64,000 nucleotides of DNA, taken from an uncultured Gemmatimonadales bacterium. Lineage in GTDB: Bacteria > Gemmatimonadota > Gemmatimonadetes > Gemmatimonadales > Gemmatimonadaceae. Positions 46,189 to 57,100 of this stretch are shown one piece after another (within the stretch, counting starts at the first letter, position 1; every line of letters begins with the position of its first letter). The stretch covers positions 992,001 to 1,056,000 of the forward strand of contig CAWKNZ010000002.1 of NCBI GenBank assembly GCA_963851265.1, written 5' to 3'. Position numbers and translations under genes: made by a program. The notes under the pieces are model-generated. The model saw only the letters and a program-made list of their open reading frames with translations. It was not told where the DNA came from and made no database searches.

Positions 46189-46758
46189 ATGAGTCGGAGC
46201 CTGAACAAAGTCACGCTGATCGGTAACCTGGGGAGCGACCCCGAAATTCGCTCCACGCCCGGCGGCGGGCGCGTCGCGCAATTCTCGCTCGCCACGAGCC
46301 GTACCTGGAACGACCAGACCGGCGGGAAGCAGGAGAAGACCGAGTGGCACCGTTGCGTGGTGTGGAACAGCAAGGGGTCCCAGCTCGCCGACATCGTCGA
46401 GAAGTACGTGAAGAAAGGGGACAAGCTCTACCTCGAGGGTCGCATCGAGTACCGTCAATGGCAGGACAAGGACGGCCAGACGAAGTACTCGACCGAGATC
46501 AACGTCCGCGAGCTGATCCTCCTCGGCGGCGGCAAGCGTGACGGGATGGACGCCGAAATGGACGCGGGCGCATCGTCGTTCGGTGGTGGAGGTGGTGGAG
46601 GTGGTGGAGGCGGCGGGATGGGCGGTGGCGCACGCCGCAACGCGCCGCCCCCGGCGCGCGCCAAGCAACCGGCCGGCGCCAACAACGCGGGTGGGAACGA
46701 GGATTTCGAAGACTTCCCGGGCGCCCTCGCGGACGACGACGACGACCTTCCGTTCTGA
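46189..46758 (+). CDS. ssb: Single-stranded DNA-binding protein
   Basis: SLNKVTLIGNLG, TEWHR, Gly-rich linker, DDDLPF tail; GGAGG 6 nt upstream. Confidence 0.98.
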   Translation: MSRSLNKVTLIGNLGSDPEIRSTPGGGRVAQFSLATSRTWNDQTGGKQEKTEWHRCVVWNSKGSQLADIVEKYVKKGDKLYLEGRIEYRQWQDKDGQTKYSTEINVRELILLGGGKRDGMDAEMDAGASSFGGGGGGGGGGGGMGGGARRNAPPPARAKQPAGANNAGGNEDFEDFPGALADDDDDLPF

Positions 46759-46767
46759 CGGTCGCCA

Positions 46768-46815
46768 GGGGGTGACACGCGCCGGCTGCTCGGACCGGCG
46801 GCGCGTGTCACCCCC
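46768..46815 (+). terminator. Stem-loop after ssb
   Basis: 16-bp inverted repeat gggggtgacacgcgcc / ggcgcgtgtcaccccc. Confidence 0.6.
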
Positions 46816-46980
46816 GGCCGGTATCACCCCCGGCCCGTGTCGGGCCGCGCCGCGCGGTCCCGCGCCGGCGTCGCGGCCCATATCGGCGGTCCCATGTCGG
46901 CCGGGTTCGCGTAGATTCCGCGGCCCGACCGCGCCCGGGGCCCTCCCGACGCGCGGCGATCCGCACCGATCATCGCTGCA

Positions 46981-47964
46981 ATGCTCTCACGCGCGCTCGT
47001 CACCGGTGGCGCTGGCTTCATCGGCTCCCACGTCGCCGACCTCTGCCTCTCACACGGCTGTGAGGTCACCATCGTCGACAATTTCGCGACGGGTCGCCGC
47101 GAGAACGTCCCGGCGGCCGCCACGCTCCAGGAGGCCAGCATCGGCGACCCGTCGACGCGTGCCCTCATCCGCGACGGCAACTTCGACGTCGTGTTCCACC
47201 TCGCCGCCCAGATCGACGTCCGCAAGAGCGTGACCGATCCGGTGTTCGACGCGACGCAGAACGTCCTCGGTTCGCTCAACGTGCTCGAGGGCGTGCGCGA
47301 GGCGAAGGTGAACCACGGGCGCGCACCGCGCGTCGTCTTCGCGAGTACGGGCGGCGCGCTGTACGGCGACTTCGTGCAGCCGCCCAACGTCGAGACGTAC
47401 CCGAAGGACCCGGAGTCGCCGTACGGCATCGCGAAGCTCAGCGTCGAGCTCTACATGGGATACTACGCGCGCCAGCAGGGCCTGGAGTGCGCGACGCTCC
47501 GGTACGCCAACGTCTACGGTCCGCGCCAGGATCCGCACGGCGAGGCGGGCGTCGTCGCGATCTTCTGCGACCGGATTCTCGACGCTCGGGCGATGACGAC
47601 GTTCGGCGACGGGACACAGACGCGCGACTACGTGTTCGTGAAGGACGTCGCGCGCGCCAACTGGCGGGCGGCGACGACTGCACTCCCGCCGGTCGGGACG
47701 GTCGACGCCCGGGCGTTCAACATCGGCACGGGCATCGAGACGTCGGTGAACGACCTCGCCGAAGCGCTGCGCCACGTCGCCGGAGCGAGCACGCCGATCG
47801 AGCGCGCGCCCGCGCGCGCAGGCGAGCTCCAGCGAAGCGCGGTCGTGATCGACAAGGCGCGCGACGTCCTCGGGTGGACGCCGCAGGTCGCCCTGCACGA
47901 CGGGCTCCGCGAAACGTTCGAGTTCTTCGCCGCGCGCCGCGGAGCCGCGCCGGCGGCCGCCTAA
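46981..47964 (+). CDS. NAD-dependent epimerase, UDP-glucose 4-epimerase-like
   Basis: TGGAGFIGSH, HLAAQ, ASTGGALYG, SPYGIAK, NVYGPRQDPHGEAGVV. Confidence 0.9.
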   Translation: MLSRALVTGGAGFIGSHVADLCLSHGCEVTIVDNFATGRRENVPAAATLQEASIGDPSTRALIRDGNFDVVFHLAAQIDVRKSVTDPVFDATQNVLGSLNVLEGVREAKVNHGRAPRVVFASTGGALYGDFVQPPNVETYPKDPESPYGIAKLSVELYMGYYARQQGLECATLRYANVYGPRQDPHGEAGVVAIFCDRILDARAMTTFGDGTQTRDYVFVKDVARANWRAATTALPPVGTVDARAFNIGTGIETSVNDLAEALRHVAGASTPIERAPARAGELQRSAVVIDKARDVLGWTPQVALHDGLRETFEFFAARRGAAPAAA

Positions 47965-47974
47965 CGCGACACGC

Positions 47975-48658
47975 ATGTCCGGTAGTGTGGTCGACCTCGT
48001 GCTGGCCGGTTCGCCGGCCACGCGCGCGGTGCTCGTGCTCCTGCTGGTTCTCTCGCTGCTCAGTTGGGGCGTGACGTTCGCTAAGACGGTCGAGTTTCGT
48101 CGCGTCGAGGCGGCGGGGCGCGCGTTCGTCCGCTCGGTCGAGGCGTCGGCCACGCTCGCCGGGGCCGAGGACGCCGCCGCTCGCGCCACCCCGACGCCGT
48201 TCACGGACGTGTTCCGCCGCGCGCGACGGTTCCTCGCCGAAACGCGCCCTGCGCTCGGCGGCACCGCCGACCGCGCGCCGCGTCTCAGCCAGTCGCAGGT
48301 CGAAGCGCTCCGCCTCGTCCTCGACGCCGAAGCCGACCTCGGCCGCGACCGACTCGGCAGGTTCGTGGGCTGGCTCGCCACGATCGGCTCCGTGAGTCCG
48401 CTGATCGGGCTGTTCGGCACCGTGCTGGGCGTCATCTCCGCGTTCGCCGGGATCGCCCGTCAGGGCTCGGGCAACCTCGCGGCGGTGGCGCCCGGCGTCG
48501 CCGAGGCGCTCGTTGCGACGGCGGCGGCGCTCGCCGTCGCGATTCCCGCGGTCTTCGCGTACAACGTCTTCGCGACCCGGCTCAACCGCGTTGCGGGCGA
48601 ACTCGATGGGTTCGGTTCCGAACTCGTCGCGCTCCTCGTACGCGAGGAACGAATTTGA
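47975..48658 (+). CDS. tolQ: TolQ (MotA/TolQ/ExbB family)
   Basis: LATIGSVSPLIGLFGTVLG, VAPGVAEALVATA; first gene of the tol-pal cluster. Confidence 0.9.
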   Translation: MSGSVVDLVLAGSPATRAVLVLLLVLSLLSWGVTFAKTVEFRRVEAAGRAFVRSVEASATLAGAEDAAARATPTPFTDVFRRARRFLAETRPALGGTADRAPRLSQSQVEALRLVLDAEADLGRDRLGRFVGWLATIGSVSPLIGLFGTVLGVISAFAGIARQGSGNLAAVAPGVAEALVATAAALAVAIPAVFAYNVFATRLNRVAGELDGFGSELVALLVREERI

Positions 48659-48712
48659 CGCGCCCCCCGCCGCAGCCGGTAGCACGGCCCGGCCGGGCGA
48701 TGCAGCCCTGAC

Positions 48713-49123
48713 GTGGCGACGCGACGCCGGCGCGAACGCGCCTCGCTGAACGCAGACATCAACGTCGTCAGCCTGATCGACGTGATGATGTTGCTGATGA
48801 TCATCTTCATGCTCACGGCGCCCATGATGCAGGGCGGCGTCGACGTCGCGCTCCCGCGCGCGGAGGCGCGCCCGCTCACGACGCGCTCGGGCGTCACGGT
48901 CACGCTCGCGCGCGACGGTCAGGCGTACGTGGACGAGGCGCCGGTCGCCGCCGAGCGACTCGCGGCGGTCCTGGGGACGCGCGCGGATGCGCGCGCGGGC
49001 GGCGTATTCCTCCGCGCCGACAGCGGCGTCGCGTACGGCGCGGTGGTGCGTGTCCTGGCCGGCCTCCGCGCGGCCGGACTCGAAAACGTCGGACTCGTCG
49101 CCACCACCGACGCGGCGCCGTGA
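48713..49123 (+). CDS. tolR: TolR (ExbD/TolR family)
   Basis: INVVSLIDVMMLLMIIFMLTAP, LRAD, YG.VV. Confidence 0.9.
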   Translation: MATRRRRERASLNADINVVSLIDVMMLLMIIFMLTAPMMQGGVDVALPRAEARPLTTRSGVTVTLARDGQAYVDEAPVAAERLAAVLGTRADARAGGVFLRADSGVAYGAVVRVLAGLRAAGLENVGLVATTDAAP

Positions 49124-50325
49124 ACACGGCGACTCTCGCCAGCGCCGACGCGCCGGCATATCGCGCGCGCATCGCGCGCGGCATTTCGGTTTCCGGCGTC
49201 GCGCACGCGTGCGTCATCGTGGGCGCGGTCCTCGTTGCGCGCGCGCATCCGGCACGCACGGTCCCACCCGTCTACCGGGTGTCGCTAGTCGCCGCACCGG
49301 CGGGGGGCCGCGGCGCCCGAATCGCAACGGGCGCGACCGCACCCGCACGAGACGTCACCGCGCGGAACTCCGGGACGGCGATCGCGGCGCCCACGGCGCC
49401 CGACCTGGCGGGAGCGCGGCCGAAGGCGGCGACCGCGACGCCGCACTCGCTCATCGCGGAGCCGAAGGCCGCGGTGCGGCCGAGTACACCGCACCCTGGA
49501 ACGCATCCGACGTCGGCCGCGCACCCGCTCGGGGCGGCTCCGCACGTGCCGGCGCCGTCGCTCGCGCCGTCGCACGGAGCTCGTACACCGGCTCCGAACT
49601 TGGCGGCGTCGCACGCGTCCTCGGCGCGCATCGCTCCGTCGCGCGCGCCGGCAACGCCCGAACGACCTGCTCCGGCGCCCACCGCGCCCCCTCGGTACGT
49701 GGCCGCGACTCCGCGCGCGACGCACGCGGCGCCGTCACTGCCGCACACGAGCCCTGCGCCGTCGATTAAGCCCGCGTCGCGACCGAGCGCGTCGACTGCA
49801 TCGAGCGCGTCGACCTCGCGCGACGCGTCGACTCGTACGCGACGGGCTGTCGCGAGTTCGGCAACGTCGGAGACGCCCGAGGAGAACTCCGGATCGCGCG
49901 GGGCCACGTCGTCCCGCGCGGCACCCGCGCCGCAGACCGCGGCCCACCCCGCGGGCTCCGGCACCGAACATGGGGCGGGTACGGCAGCGGCCCGCGGACA
50001 CGACGTCGCCGACGCCCGCGTCGTCGGACTCGAGTTTCCGTATCCGGGGTACCTCGCGAACCTCGTGCGGCAGGTGCGGCTTCGCTTCGCGCCGTCGGAG
50101 GCGCGTGCCGGACTTCACGCCGACCTCGCTTTCATCGTCGCCCGCGACGGGTCGATCACTGACATCCGCGTCGTGCGAAGCTCGGGCAACTACGCGTTCG
50201 ACCTCGAAGCGCAGGGCGCCGTCGAGGCCGCGGGGTCCGCGCGCGCCTTCGGTCCGCTCCCCGACGCGTTCCGACCGTCCTCGCTTCCCGTGAATTTCAG
50301 CTTCGATCCGCGCACCGCCCCGTGA
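49120..50325 (+). CDS. TolA/TonB-like energy transducer
   Basis: N-terminal TM helix with S-x3-H, long Pro/Ala/Ser/Thr linker, TonB_C-like domain (SSGNYAFD). Confidence 0.8.
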   Translation: MNTATLASADAPAYRARIARGISVSGVAHACVIVGAVLVARAHPARTVPPVYRVSLVAAPAGGRGARIATGATAPARDVTARNSGTAIAAPTAPDLAGARPKAATATPHSLIAEPKAAVRPSTPHPGTHPTSAAHPLGAAPHVPAPSLAPSHGARTPAPNLAASHASSARIAPSRAPATPERPAPAPTAPPRYVAATPRATHAAPSLPHTSPAPSIKPASRPSASTASSASTSRDASTRTRRAVASSATSETPEENSGSRGATSSRAAPAPQTAAHPAGSGTEHGAGTAAARGHDVADARVVGLEFPYPGYLANLVRQVRLRFAPSEARAGLHADLAFIVARDGSITDIRVVRSSGNYAFDLEAQGAVEAAGSARAFGPLPDAFRPSSLPVNFSFDPRTAP

Positions 50326-51647
50326 CGTCCGACGTTCCCTCGATCGCGCGCCGCGGCCGGCGCTACGCCCGCGCACTCGGGGCGTCGGTCTCGCTGTGCG
50401 CCGCCTTCCGCGCAGCCGCACAGGACACCACGACCACGCCCGCGGGCGTGAGTGTGCGCCTCGCGTACGACGCGCGGACGCGCCCCACCATTCTCGTCCC
50501 TCGTGTCGCCGGCCCCGGCGGCGACTCGCTCACCGCGATGCTGCGTCGTGACCTGACGTACGGCGGTCGTGTGGTCGTCGCACCGTCGGCTGCCGCGGAC
50601 GCGGGCGGCGGCGTGGCAAATGTGGACTACGCAGCGGCGGCCCGCGCCGGCGCAGCGGGGATAGTTCGGGCGACCGTCGCCGGCAACCTGCTCCACCTCG
50701 TCCTGGCCGACGTGAGCGCCGGTCGCGTCACCGCGACGCGCGACGTCACGCTTCCCGCGAACACGCTCGGTCCAGAGTGGCGACTCGCGGTCCACTCGGC
50801 GGCGGACGAAGCGGAGCGTTGGGCGACGGGCGTGCGCGGGATCGCCGCGACTCGCGTGCTGTTCGTGCGGGCCGGGCGGGTGTGGAGCGTCGACGCCGAC
50901 GGCGAAAACGTCCGCCCGCTCACCCCGTCGGGCGCGCTTTCGCCCGCCTGGGTGCCGTCGGGGCGCGGCATCGTCCACGGCACGCTCGACGCTGACGGGG
51001 CGCAGCGAATCGTCGCGCGCGCGTACGACGGCGCGACCGCCGGCCCGCCACGCACGATCGCGTCCGGCGGCGTGCTGAATCTCACGCCGGCCGTGTCGCC
51101 GGACGGCGCGACTGTCGCGTACGCGCACGGCGAGGAGGACGGTACCGACCTATACGTGGTCGGCATCGACGGCGGCGGCGCGCGTCGCATCACCGTCGGG
51201 CGCGGGACGGACAACGTGTCGCCCGCGTACTCGCCCGACGGGCGGCGCATCGTGTTCACGTCAGGCCGTTCCGGACACCCCGAGGTGTATATTGCCGACG
51301 CGGACGGGACGAATGCGGAGCTGCTCACCGACTTCGATTTCTCGCCCCGGAACTACCGCTCCAACCCGAGTTGGTCGCCCGACGGCCGCCTCGTCGCGTT
51401 CCAGTCGCTGATCGGCGGCCGTTTCCAGCTCTGCACGATCGAGGTGCGTGGGCGATCGGCGCGCTGTCTCTCGACCGCGGATCGCACCGAGGATCCGTCG
51501 TGGGCGCCCGATTCCCGCCACCTCGTCGCGACCGTCAGTCAGGGCGCGCCGCGTCTCGTCGTGCTCGACGTTGAGACCGGTCAGTCACGTACGCTCGTCG
51601 GCGGGCGCGCGCCTCGCATGCCCGCGTGGTCGCCGCCCCTGCGCTGA
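50322..51647 (+). CDS. tolB: TolB beta-propeller protein
   Basis: PD40 repeats (SPAYSPDG, PSWSPDG, PSWAPD); lies upstream of pal. Confidence 0.88.
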   Translation: MTSDVPSIARRGRRYARALGASVSLCAAFRAAAQDTTTTPAGVSVRLAYDARTRPTILVPRVAGPGGDSLTAMLRRDLTYGGRVVVAPSAAADAGGGVANVDYAAAARAGAAGIVRATVAGNLLHLVLADVSAGRVTATRDVTLPANTLGPEWRLAVHSAADEAERWATGVRGIAATRVLFVRAGRVWSVDADGENVRPLTPSGALSPAWVPSGRGIVHGTLDADGAQRIVARAYDGATAGPPRTIASGGVLNLTPAVSPDGATVAYAHGEEDGTDLYVVGIDGGGARRITVGRGTDNVSPAYSPDGRRIVFTSGRSGHPEVYIADADGTNAELLTDFDFSPRNYRSNPSWSPDGRLVAFQSLIGGRFQLCTIEVRGRSARCLSTADRTEDPSWAPDSRHLVATVSQGAPRLVVLDVETGQSRTLVGGRAPRMPAWSPPLR

Positions 51648-51699
51648 GCGCGCTACGCACCCTGTTCCGGCGCGGACGCGCCAGCCTTTTCCCGCCTGC

Positions 51700-52341
51700 A
51701 TGACGACGTTCACCCCGCGGCCTCGCGTCGCGCTGTTCACCGTACTCGCCCTCGTCAGTGCAGGGGCGTGTCATCATGCCAAGCCGACAGCCGGCGCGCC
51801 GAGTCCCACGCCGGACGGCCCATCGGCGGCGCAACTCGACAGCATCGCCCGGGCGCGGGCGCGCGACTCGCTCGACGCCGCGCAGCGCGCGCGCGCCGCG
51901 CGAGACTCGGCCGCGGAAGCGCGCCGCCGCGCCAGCGCGCGGCAGGGTGCGGTCGACAGCGCCGTCGCGTCGAGGCGCTCGGTGCTGCTCGCGCCCGTGT
52001 ATTTCGATTACGACCAGTCGGAGCTGCGCGACGACACGCGGGCAGCGCTCGAGGCGAAGCTCGCCATCCTCTCGCAGATCCCCGACCTCCGCGTGCGCGT
52101 GGCGGGGCACACGGACGACCGCGGCGCGGACGAGTACAACCTTGCGTTAGGCGGACGGCGCGCGGCCGCCGTGAAGCGGTTCTTCGCCGAGCGCGGCATC
52201 GGCCCGGAGCGGATCACCGTCGTGAGCTTCGGGAAGGAGCGTCCGACCTGCGAGACGGACGACGAGTCGTGTTGGGGCCGGAACCGGCGCGCGGAATTTT
52301 CGGTCGTGCGCGGCGGCGCGACGTTGGGCACCGAGCAATGA
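51700..52341 (+). CDS. pal: Peptidoglycan-associated lipoprotein
   Basis: Lipobox AGAC, VYFDYD, GHTDDRG..EYNLALG, SFGKERP, NRRAEF. Confidence 0.93.
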   Translation: MTTFTPRPRVALFTVLALVSAGACHHAKPTAGAPSPTPDGPSAAQLDSIARARARDSLDAAQRARAARDSAAEARRRASARQGAVDSAVASRRSVLLAPVYFDYDQSELRDDTRAALEAKLAILSQIPDLRVRVAGHTDDRGADEYNLALGGRRAAAVKRFFAERGIGPERITVVSFGKERPTCETDDESCWGRNRRAEFSVVRGGATLGTEQ

Positions 52342-53222
52342 TCGGACGCGCCCGCCTGACCCGCATCGGACGCGGCGCGCGGGCGTGCGTCGTGCTCGCC
52401 GCCGCGGCGGCCGGACCGACAGGCTGCCTGGCCACGCGCAACGACGTACAGGCGCTGCAACTCGACCTGGCCAACGCGCGACGAGACGCGTCGCGTGCGG
52501 ACTCGACACGCGCGGCGTCGCTCGATGCGCGGATCGCGGCACTCGACGGCGCCCTCCGCGCCCTTTCCGACACCGTCGCCGGGGCGGGGCAGCGCGCGGC
52601 CCGCTTCGAAGGCGACGCGCGCGAGCAACTCCGCGCCGTCCGCGAGCAGCTCATCCAGGTGCAGGAGCTCACGGGCCAGAGCCAGCGGCGCCTGCAGGAC
52701 TTGCGCGCGTCTCTCGACGCGCGCGCCGATGCGGGCACCCCTGCGGCCGCCGCGCCCACCGCGCCCGCGCCGGCGCCGCGCCCCGCCGCGGCGCCCGATA
52801 GCGACGCTCCGCGGCCGCGCACCGGGCCGAGCGCGGCGGAGCTGTACCGGATCGCCTCCGATCAGCTGCGACGCGGTAGCTACGGCGCCGCACGCACCGC
52901 GTACACCGACCTGCTCCGCCGGTACCCCGACTCCGATCTCGCCGCCGACGCGCAGTACGCGCTCGCGGAAGCGTACGCGGGAGAGCGCAATTCCGCCGTC
53001 GCCGATTCGGCGTACGCCGCGGTGGTCGCGCGCTACCCCGAGTCCCACCGCGCGGCGACCGCGCTGTACAAGCGCGCGCGCATGCGGCACGAGGCCGGGC
53101 GCAAGGCCGACGCGCGCGCGCTGTACGACGAGTTGCTGCGTCGCTACCCACGCGCGGACGAGGCGACGCTCGCGCGCGACGCGCTGCGCTCACTCGGCAC
53201 GACGACGCGGAGAGGCCCGTGA
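52338..53222 (+). CDS. cpoB: CpoB/YbgF-like coiled-coil + TPR protein
   Basis: Signal ending in TGC, coiled coil, TPRs with YP turns; ATGA overlap with pal. Confidence 0.85.
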   Translation: MIGRARLTRIGRGARACVVLAAAAAGPTGCLATRNDVQALQLDLANARRDASRADSTRAASLDARIAALDGALRALSDTVAGAGQRAARFEGDAREQLRAVREQLIQVQELTGQSQRRLQDLRASLDARADAGTPAAAAPTAPAPAPRPAAAPDSDAPRPRTGPSAAELYRIASDQLRRGSYGAARTAYTDLLRRYPDSDLAADAQYALAEAYAGERNSAVADSAYAAVVARYPESHRAATALYKRARMRHEAGRKADARALYDELLRRYPRADEATLARDALRSLGTTTRRGP

Positions 53223-54139
53223 CCGCTCCGGCCCCTCGCCGCGGCACTTCCGACGAGATGCCGTTCCTCGAACACCTCGAGGAACTGCGGTGGCGCCTCG
53301 TCTGGTCCCTCGGCGCGCTCGGGGCCGGATTCCTCGTCGCGTTCGCGGTCGTGTCGAAGGTCGACATCATCCGCATGCTCGAGCGTCCGGTGCTGCCGTA
53401 CCTGCACGGGCACAAGCTCGTCTACACGCATCCGGGCGACCCATTCACGATCGTTCTGAACGCGGCCCTCGTGCTCGGCGTGCTCATCGCGTCGCCGATC
53501 ATCGCGTACCAGGTGTGGGCGTTCATCTCGCCCGCGCTGCACCGCCACGAGAAGCGCATCGTCATCCCGGTCATGGTCGGCGCGGCCGGGCTGTTCGCCG
53601 CGGGCGTCGCGTTGGCGTTCTTCGCGGTGCTGCCGTTCACGCTCGGCTTCCTACTCAACTTCCAGACGGCATCGCTCGACCCGATGCTGACGGCCAACGA
53701 GTACTTCGGGTTCGCCATCAACCTGGCCCTCGCGTTCGGCGTCGTCTTCGAGCTGCCGATCCTGATCCTCGCCCTGACCGCGCTGGGGATCGTGACACCG
53801 CCGACGCTCAAGCGGTTCCGGCGGCATTCGCTGGTGCTCTGCGTCATCGGCGCGGCGTTCGTCACGCCCGGCGCGGACCCGACGTCGCTTTTCGCGCTCG
53901 CGATCCCGCTGTACCTGCTGTACGAGGTGAGCATCCTCCTCTCGATCGTCGTCTTCCGCCGCCGCGAACGCCGCGCGGCCGCCGCGGCGCAGGCCGAGGT
54001 GTCGGCGTCGGGGCAGGCGGACGCTCTGGTGTCCACTCTGGGGCCCGGGTCGTCCGAGTCGGTGGGGGCGCCGCGCTCGCTCGTGGCCGCCGCGCCCGCC
54101 GCCGCGAGCCCGACCCGACTGGACCAAGACGGACTGTGA
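53219..54139 (+). CDS. tatC: Twin-arginine translocase subunit TatC
   Basis: MPFLEHLEELRWRL, YQVWAFISPAL...EK, FGVVFELP, TP..D, LYEVSI. Confidence 0.96.
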   Translation: MTAPAPRRGTSDEMPFLEHLEELRWRLVWSLGALGAGFLVAFAVVSKVDIIRMLERPVLPYLHGHKLVYTHPGDPFTIVLNAALVLGVLIASPIIAYQVWAFISPALHRHEKRIVIPVMVGAAGLFAAGVALAFFAVLPFTLGFLLNFQTASLDPMLTANEYFGFAINLALAFGVVFELPILILALTALGIVTPPTLKRFRRHSLVLCVIGAAFVTPGADPTSLFALAIPLYLLYEVSILLSIVVFRRRERRAAAAAQAEVSASGQADALVSTLGPGSSESVGAPRSLVAAAPAAASPTRLDQDGL

Positions 54140-57100
54140 CCGAGACGCACTCCCGTGGAACCCTCGCGCCCGCGCGCTCGCGCGCGGATGCCGCGCGCGG
54201 GTGTGCCGTCGCGGTGATAGTCGTCGTCGCGTGCGGCAGCGCACCCGGCGCGCTCGCGGCACAGCAGCCCTCGGCCGTGCCGGTACCCCCGCGGGTGCCC
54301 CGCGCCGCTGCGGCGCGCGACTCCTCGCTGCCGCGTGACACCACGGTGCGTGACACCTCGGTGCGTGCTCTCGTAGCGCGCGACACCGTCGGACGTCGCG
54401 ACAGCACCCGCCGCGCACCGCGCGACAGCACGGGGCGCGACACCTCGCTGTTCGTCTTCGCGCCCGAAGATTCGATCATCAAGGCGTTGCGCGCGCGGCC
54501 CAACTACAACGTCGTGCGATATCAGGGCGACACGGTCCGCTTCGGCGCGCGCGACCACGTCCTGACGTTGCGCGGCAAGCCGAGTGCGGTCGAGCGGGAC
54601 AAGGCGCTCCTGGTCGGACCGACGATCCGGTACGACGACTCGACCCAGGTCGTGACCGCGAGCGCCGACAGCGCGGGCCGTGACAGTGTCGTCCTGCGTG
54701 ACCCGACGCAGGGCTCCGACGTCGTCGTTCGCACCTCCGTCCGCTACGACCTCAATGAGCGGCGCGGCATCGTGCGCGGGTTCAGCACCTCGGCCACGCA
54801 GGGCGAGACGTGGTACGTGGTCGGAGGCACCGGCGCGATCGCCGCGGCCGACAGTCTCACCACCCCCAACGTGCCGCGCGGCGCCGAGGGGCAGCGCGTG
54901 TTCTACGCGCACGACGCTTCCGTGACGAGCTGTAACGAGGAGCGGCCGCACTACCACTTCGTCGCGCGCGACGTGAAGATGGTGAGCAAGCGGCTGCTCG
55001 TCATCCGCCCCGCCACGCTTTACATCGGCGACGTGCCGGTGCTGTGGCTTCCCTTCGTGTACCAGGACACGCGGCCGGGTCCGCGCAGCGGCCTGCTGCG
55101 CCCCGTGTTCGGCCCCGCGGAGCTCCTCCGCAACAGCCCGACGTACCAGCGTTCGGTCCGCCATTTCGGGTACTACACCGCGATCAACGACTACGCCGAC
55201 GCGAGCACGTGGATCGACTACCGCAGCGGCGCGCGCCCCGGCGGCTTCTACGGCTTTGGCGAGTTCACCGTCAACGCGGAGACGCGGTACCGCTCGATCG
55301 ACCGCCAGCTGAGCGGCGACCTCGCGATCAAGCGCACGTCGCTCTCCAACGGGCAGCGGAGCTTCGACGTCTACTTCAACCACCAGCAGCAGTTCACGCA
55401 GGACCGCAACCTCCGCGCGTCGATCAATTACTCGCAGAATACGACGATTCAGCGGATCAACCAGTTCGACCCGAACGCGGTGCTCGGCAGCATCCGGTCG
55501 AACGCGTCGTACAGCGACCGCTTCGGCCCGGTCTCCGCGTCGGTGAGCGCGGCGGCGACCGAGTACGCGGGGCGCCCCGACCGGCAGCTCGACTTTCCGA
55601 CGCTGACGCTCAATTCGCGGACGATCAGCGTGACGCCGTGGCTCGACTGGACGCCGACGCTGTCGCTGAACAACTCCCAGCAGTTCAAGATCCTCAACCC
55701 CGGCGCGTACTCCTACAACTACTCGGTCAACGCCGCCGGCACCGTCGACAGCACGCGCATCAACGCGTCGACGCGCCAGACGACGCTGGCGTTCGGGACG
55801 CCGATCAAGATCTTCGGCTTCCAGATCTCGCTCCCGATCAACTACAACGAGCAGGTCACGAGCGCGCCCACGCGTCTCCAGATCTACACGAACATCCGCG
55901 ACACGAGCTCGCGGCAGTTCCGCACGTTCAACCAGACGTTCAACAGCAACTTCGACGTCCAGCCGAGCATCTCGCTCCCGGCGGCGTTTCAGGGCACCTG
56001 GAACCTGTCGCCGAACGTGAACCTCGTGAACGTCGACCAGGGGGGCCTGTTCTACCGCTCGCAGTACACGGGCGGCCGGTACGTGTCGGGCGCCAAGCGT
56101 TTCACGTACGGCCTCACGGCCACGCCGACGCTGTACGCGTTCCTCCCCGGGTTCGGGCCAATCGAGCGCATTCGAAATTCGATCAACCCGACGCTCTCGT
56201 ACACATACTCCCCGACGAAGACGGTGAGCGACGAGTATCTCTCGGCGATTGGCGCCGCGCGCCAGACGTACCTCGGCTCGCTCAAGCAGAACCGCGTTAC
56301 GCTCGGCTTCTCGACCAACTTCGAGGCCAAGATGCGCGCGCGTCCCGTGTCGCCGGTGACACCGGGGCCGGCGCCGGAAGCGGGCGTCGGCACGGTGGGC
56401 GTGACCGCGGGCGCGTCGCCCGCCTCACCGCCCGCGTCGGACAGCACGTCGGCCAACGCGGCGCTCGCGGGTGGGCCGCCGATCCCGAACGCGCCCGTCA
56501 TCCCGACGAGCGGCGGGTCGGCGAACGCGGAGCAGCGCAAGGTCAAGTTGCTTTCGCTGCAGTTCTCGTCGATCAGCTACGACTTCGCGCGCGCGGACTC
56601 GACCGGCCGCGGGTTCGTCGACCCGAGTTTCAGCTATACCGCGACCACCGACCTCATCCCGGGGTTCACGTTCCGCAGCGACTACTCGCTCTACCGCGGC
56701 GACCCGACGGCTGACACCGCGGTGTTCAAGCCGTACCGCACCGGCACGAGCGTGACGTTCCAGCTCGATCGCAACAGCGCGGTGTTCGGCGCGCTCTCGC
56801 GGCTGTTCGGGTTGCGGAGCGGGAATACCGCGCCCGTGCCGTCGCCGACGCAGAATACGGCCGAGCAGGTCGCTGGCGGCGACCCGTTCTTCGGGAGAAA
56901 CGCGGTCGCGTCGCGGGTGGCCGGCAGCGCGCCGTACGACGCGCGCAACACGCTCGCGCCGCAGAACTTCACGATGAGCGTGACGTACACGGAGTCGCGG
57001 CAACGCCCCGACATCGTCGGCGCGACGCAGCTGCTCAACCCCGCGGCGCAGTGCGTCGGGTACGCCGGCCTCGCCTTCGCGTACGACCAGTGCGTGCTCA

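Noticed and set aside
46582..46614. (GGTGGTGGA)n repeat in ssb
   Set aside because: Encodes the ordinary Gly-rich SSB linker.
52495..54135. N-terminal extension of the 1649-aa track ORF
   Set aside because: Overlaps cpoB and tatC out of frame with low-complexity Arg/Pro sequence; LptD starts at 54136.
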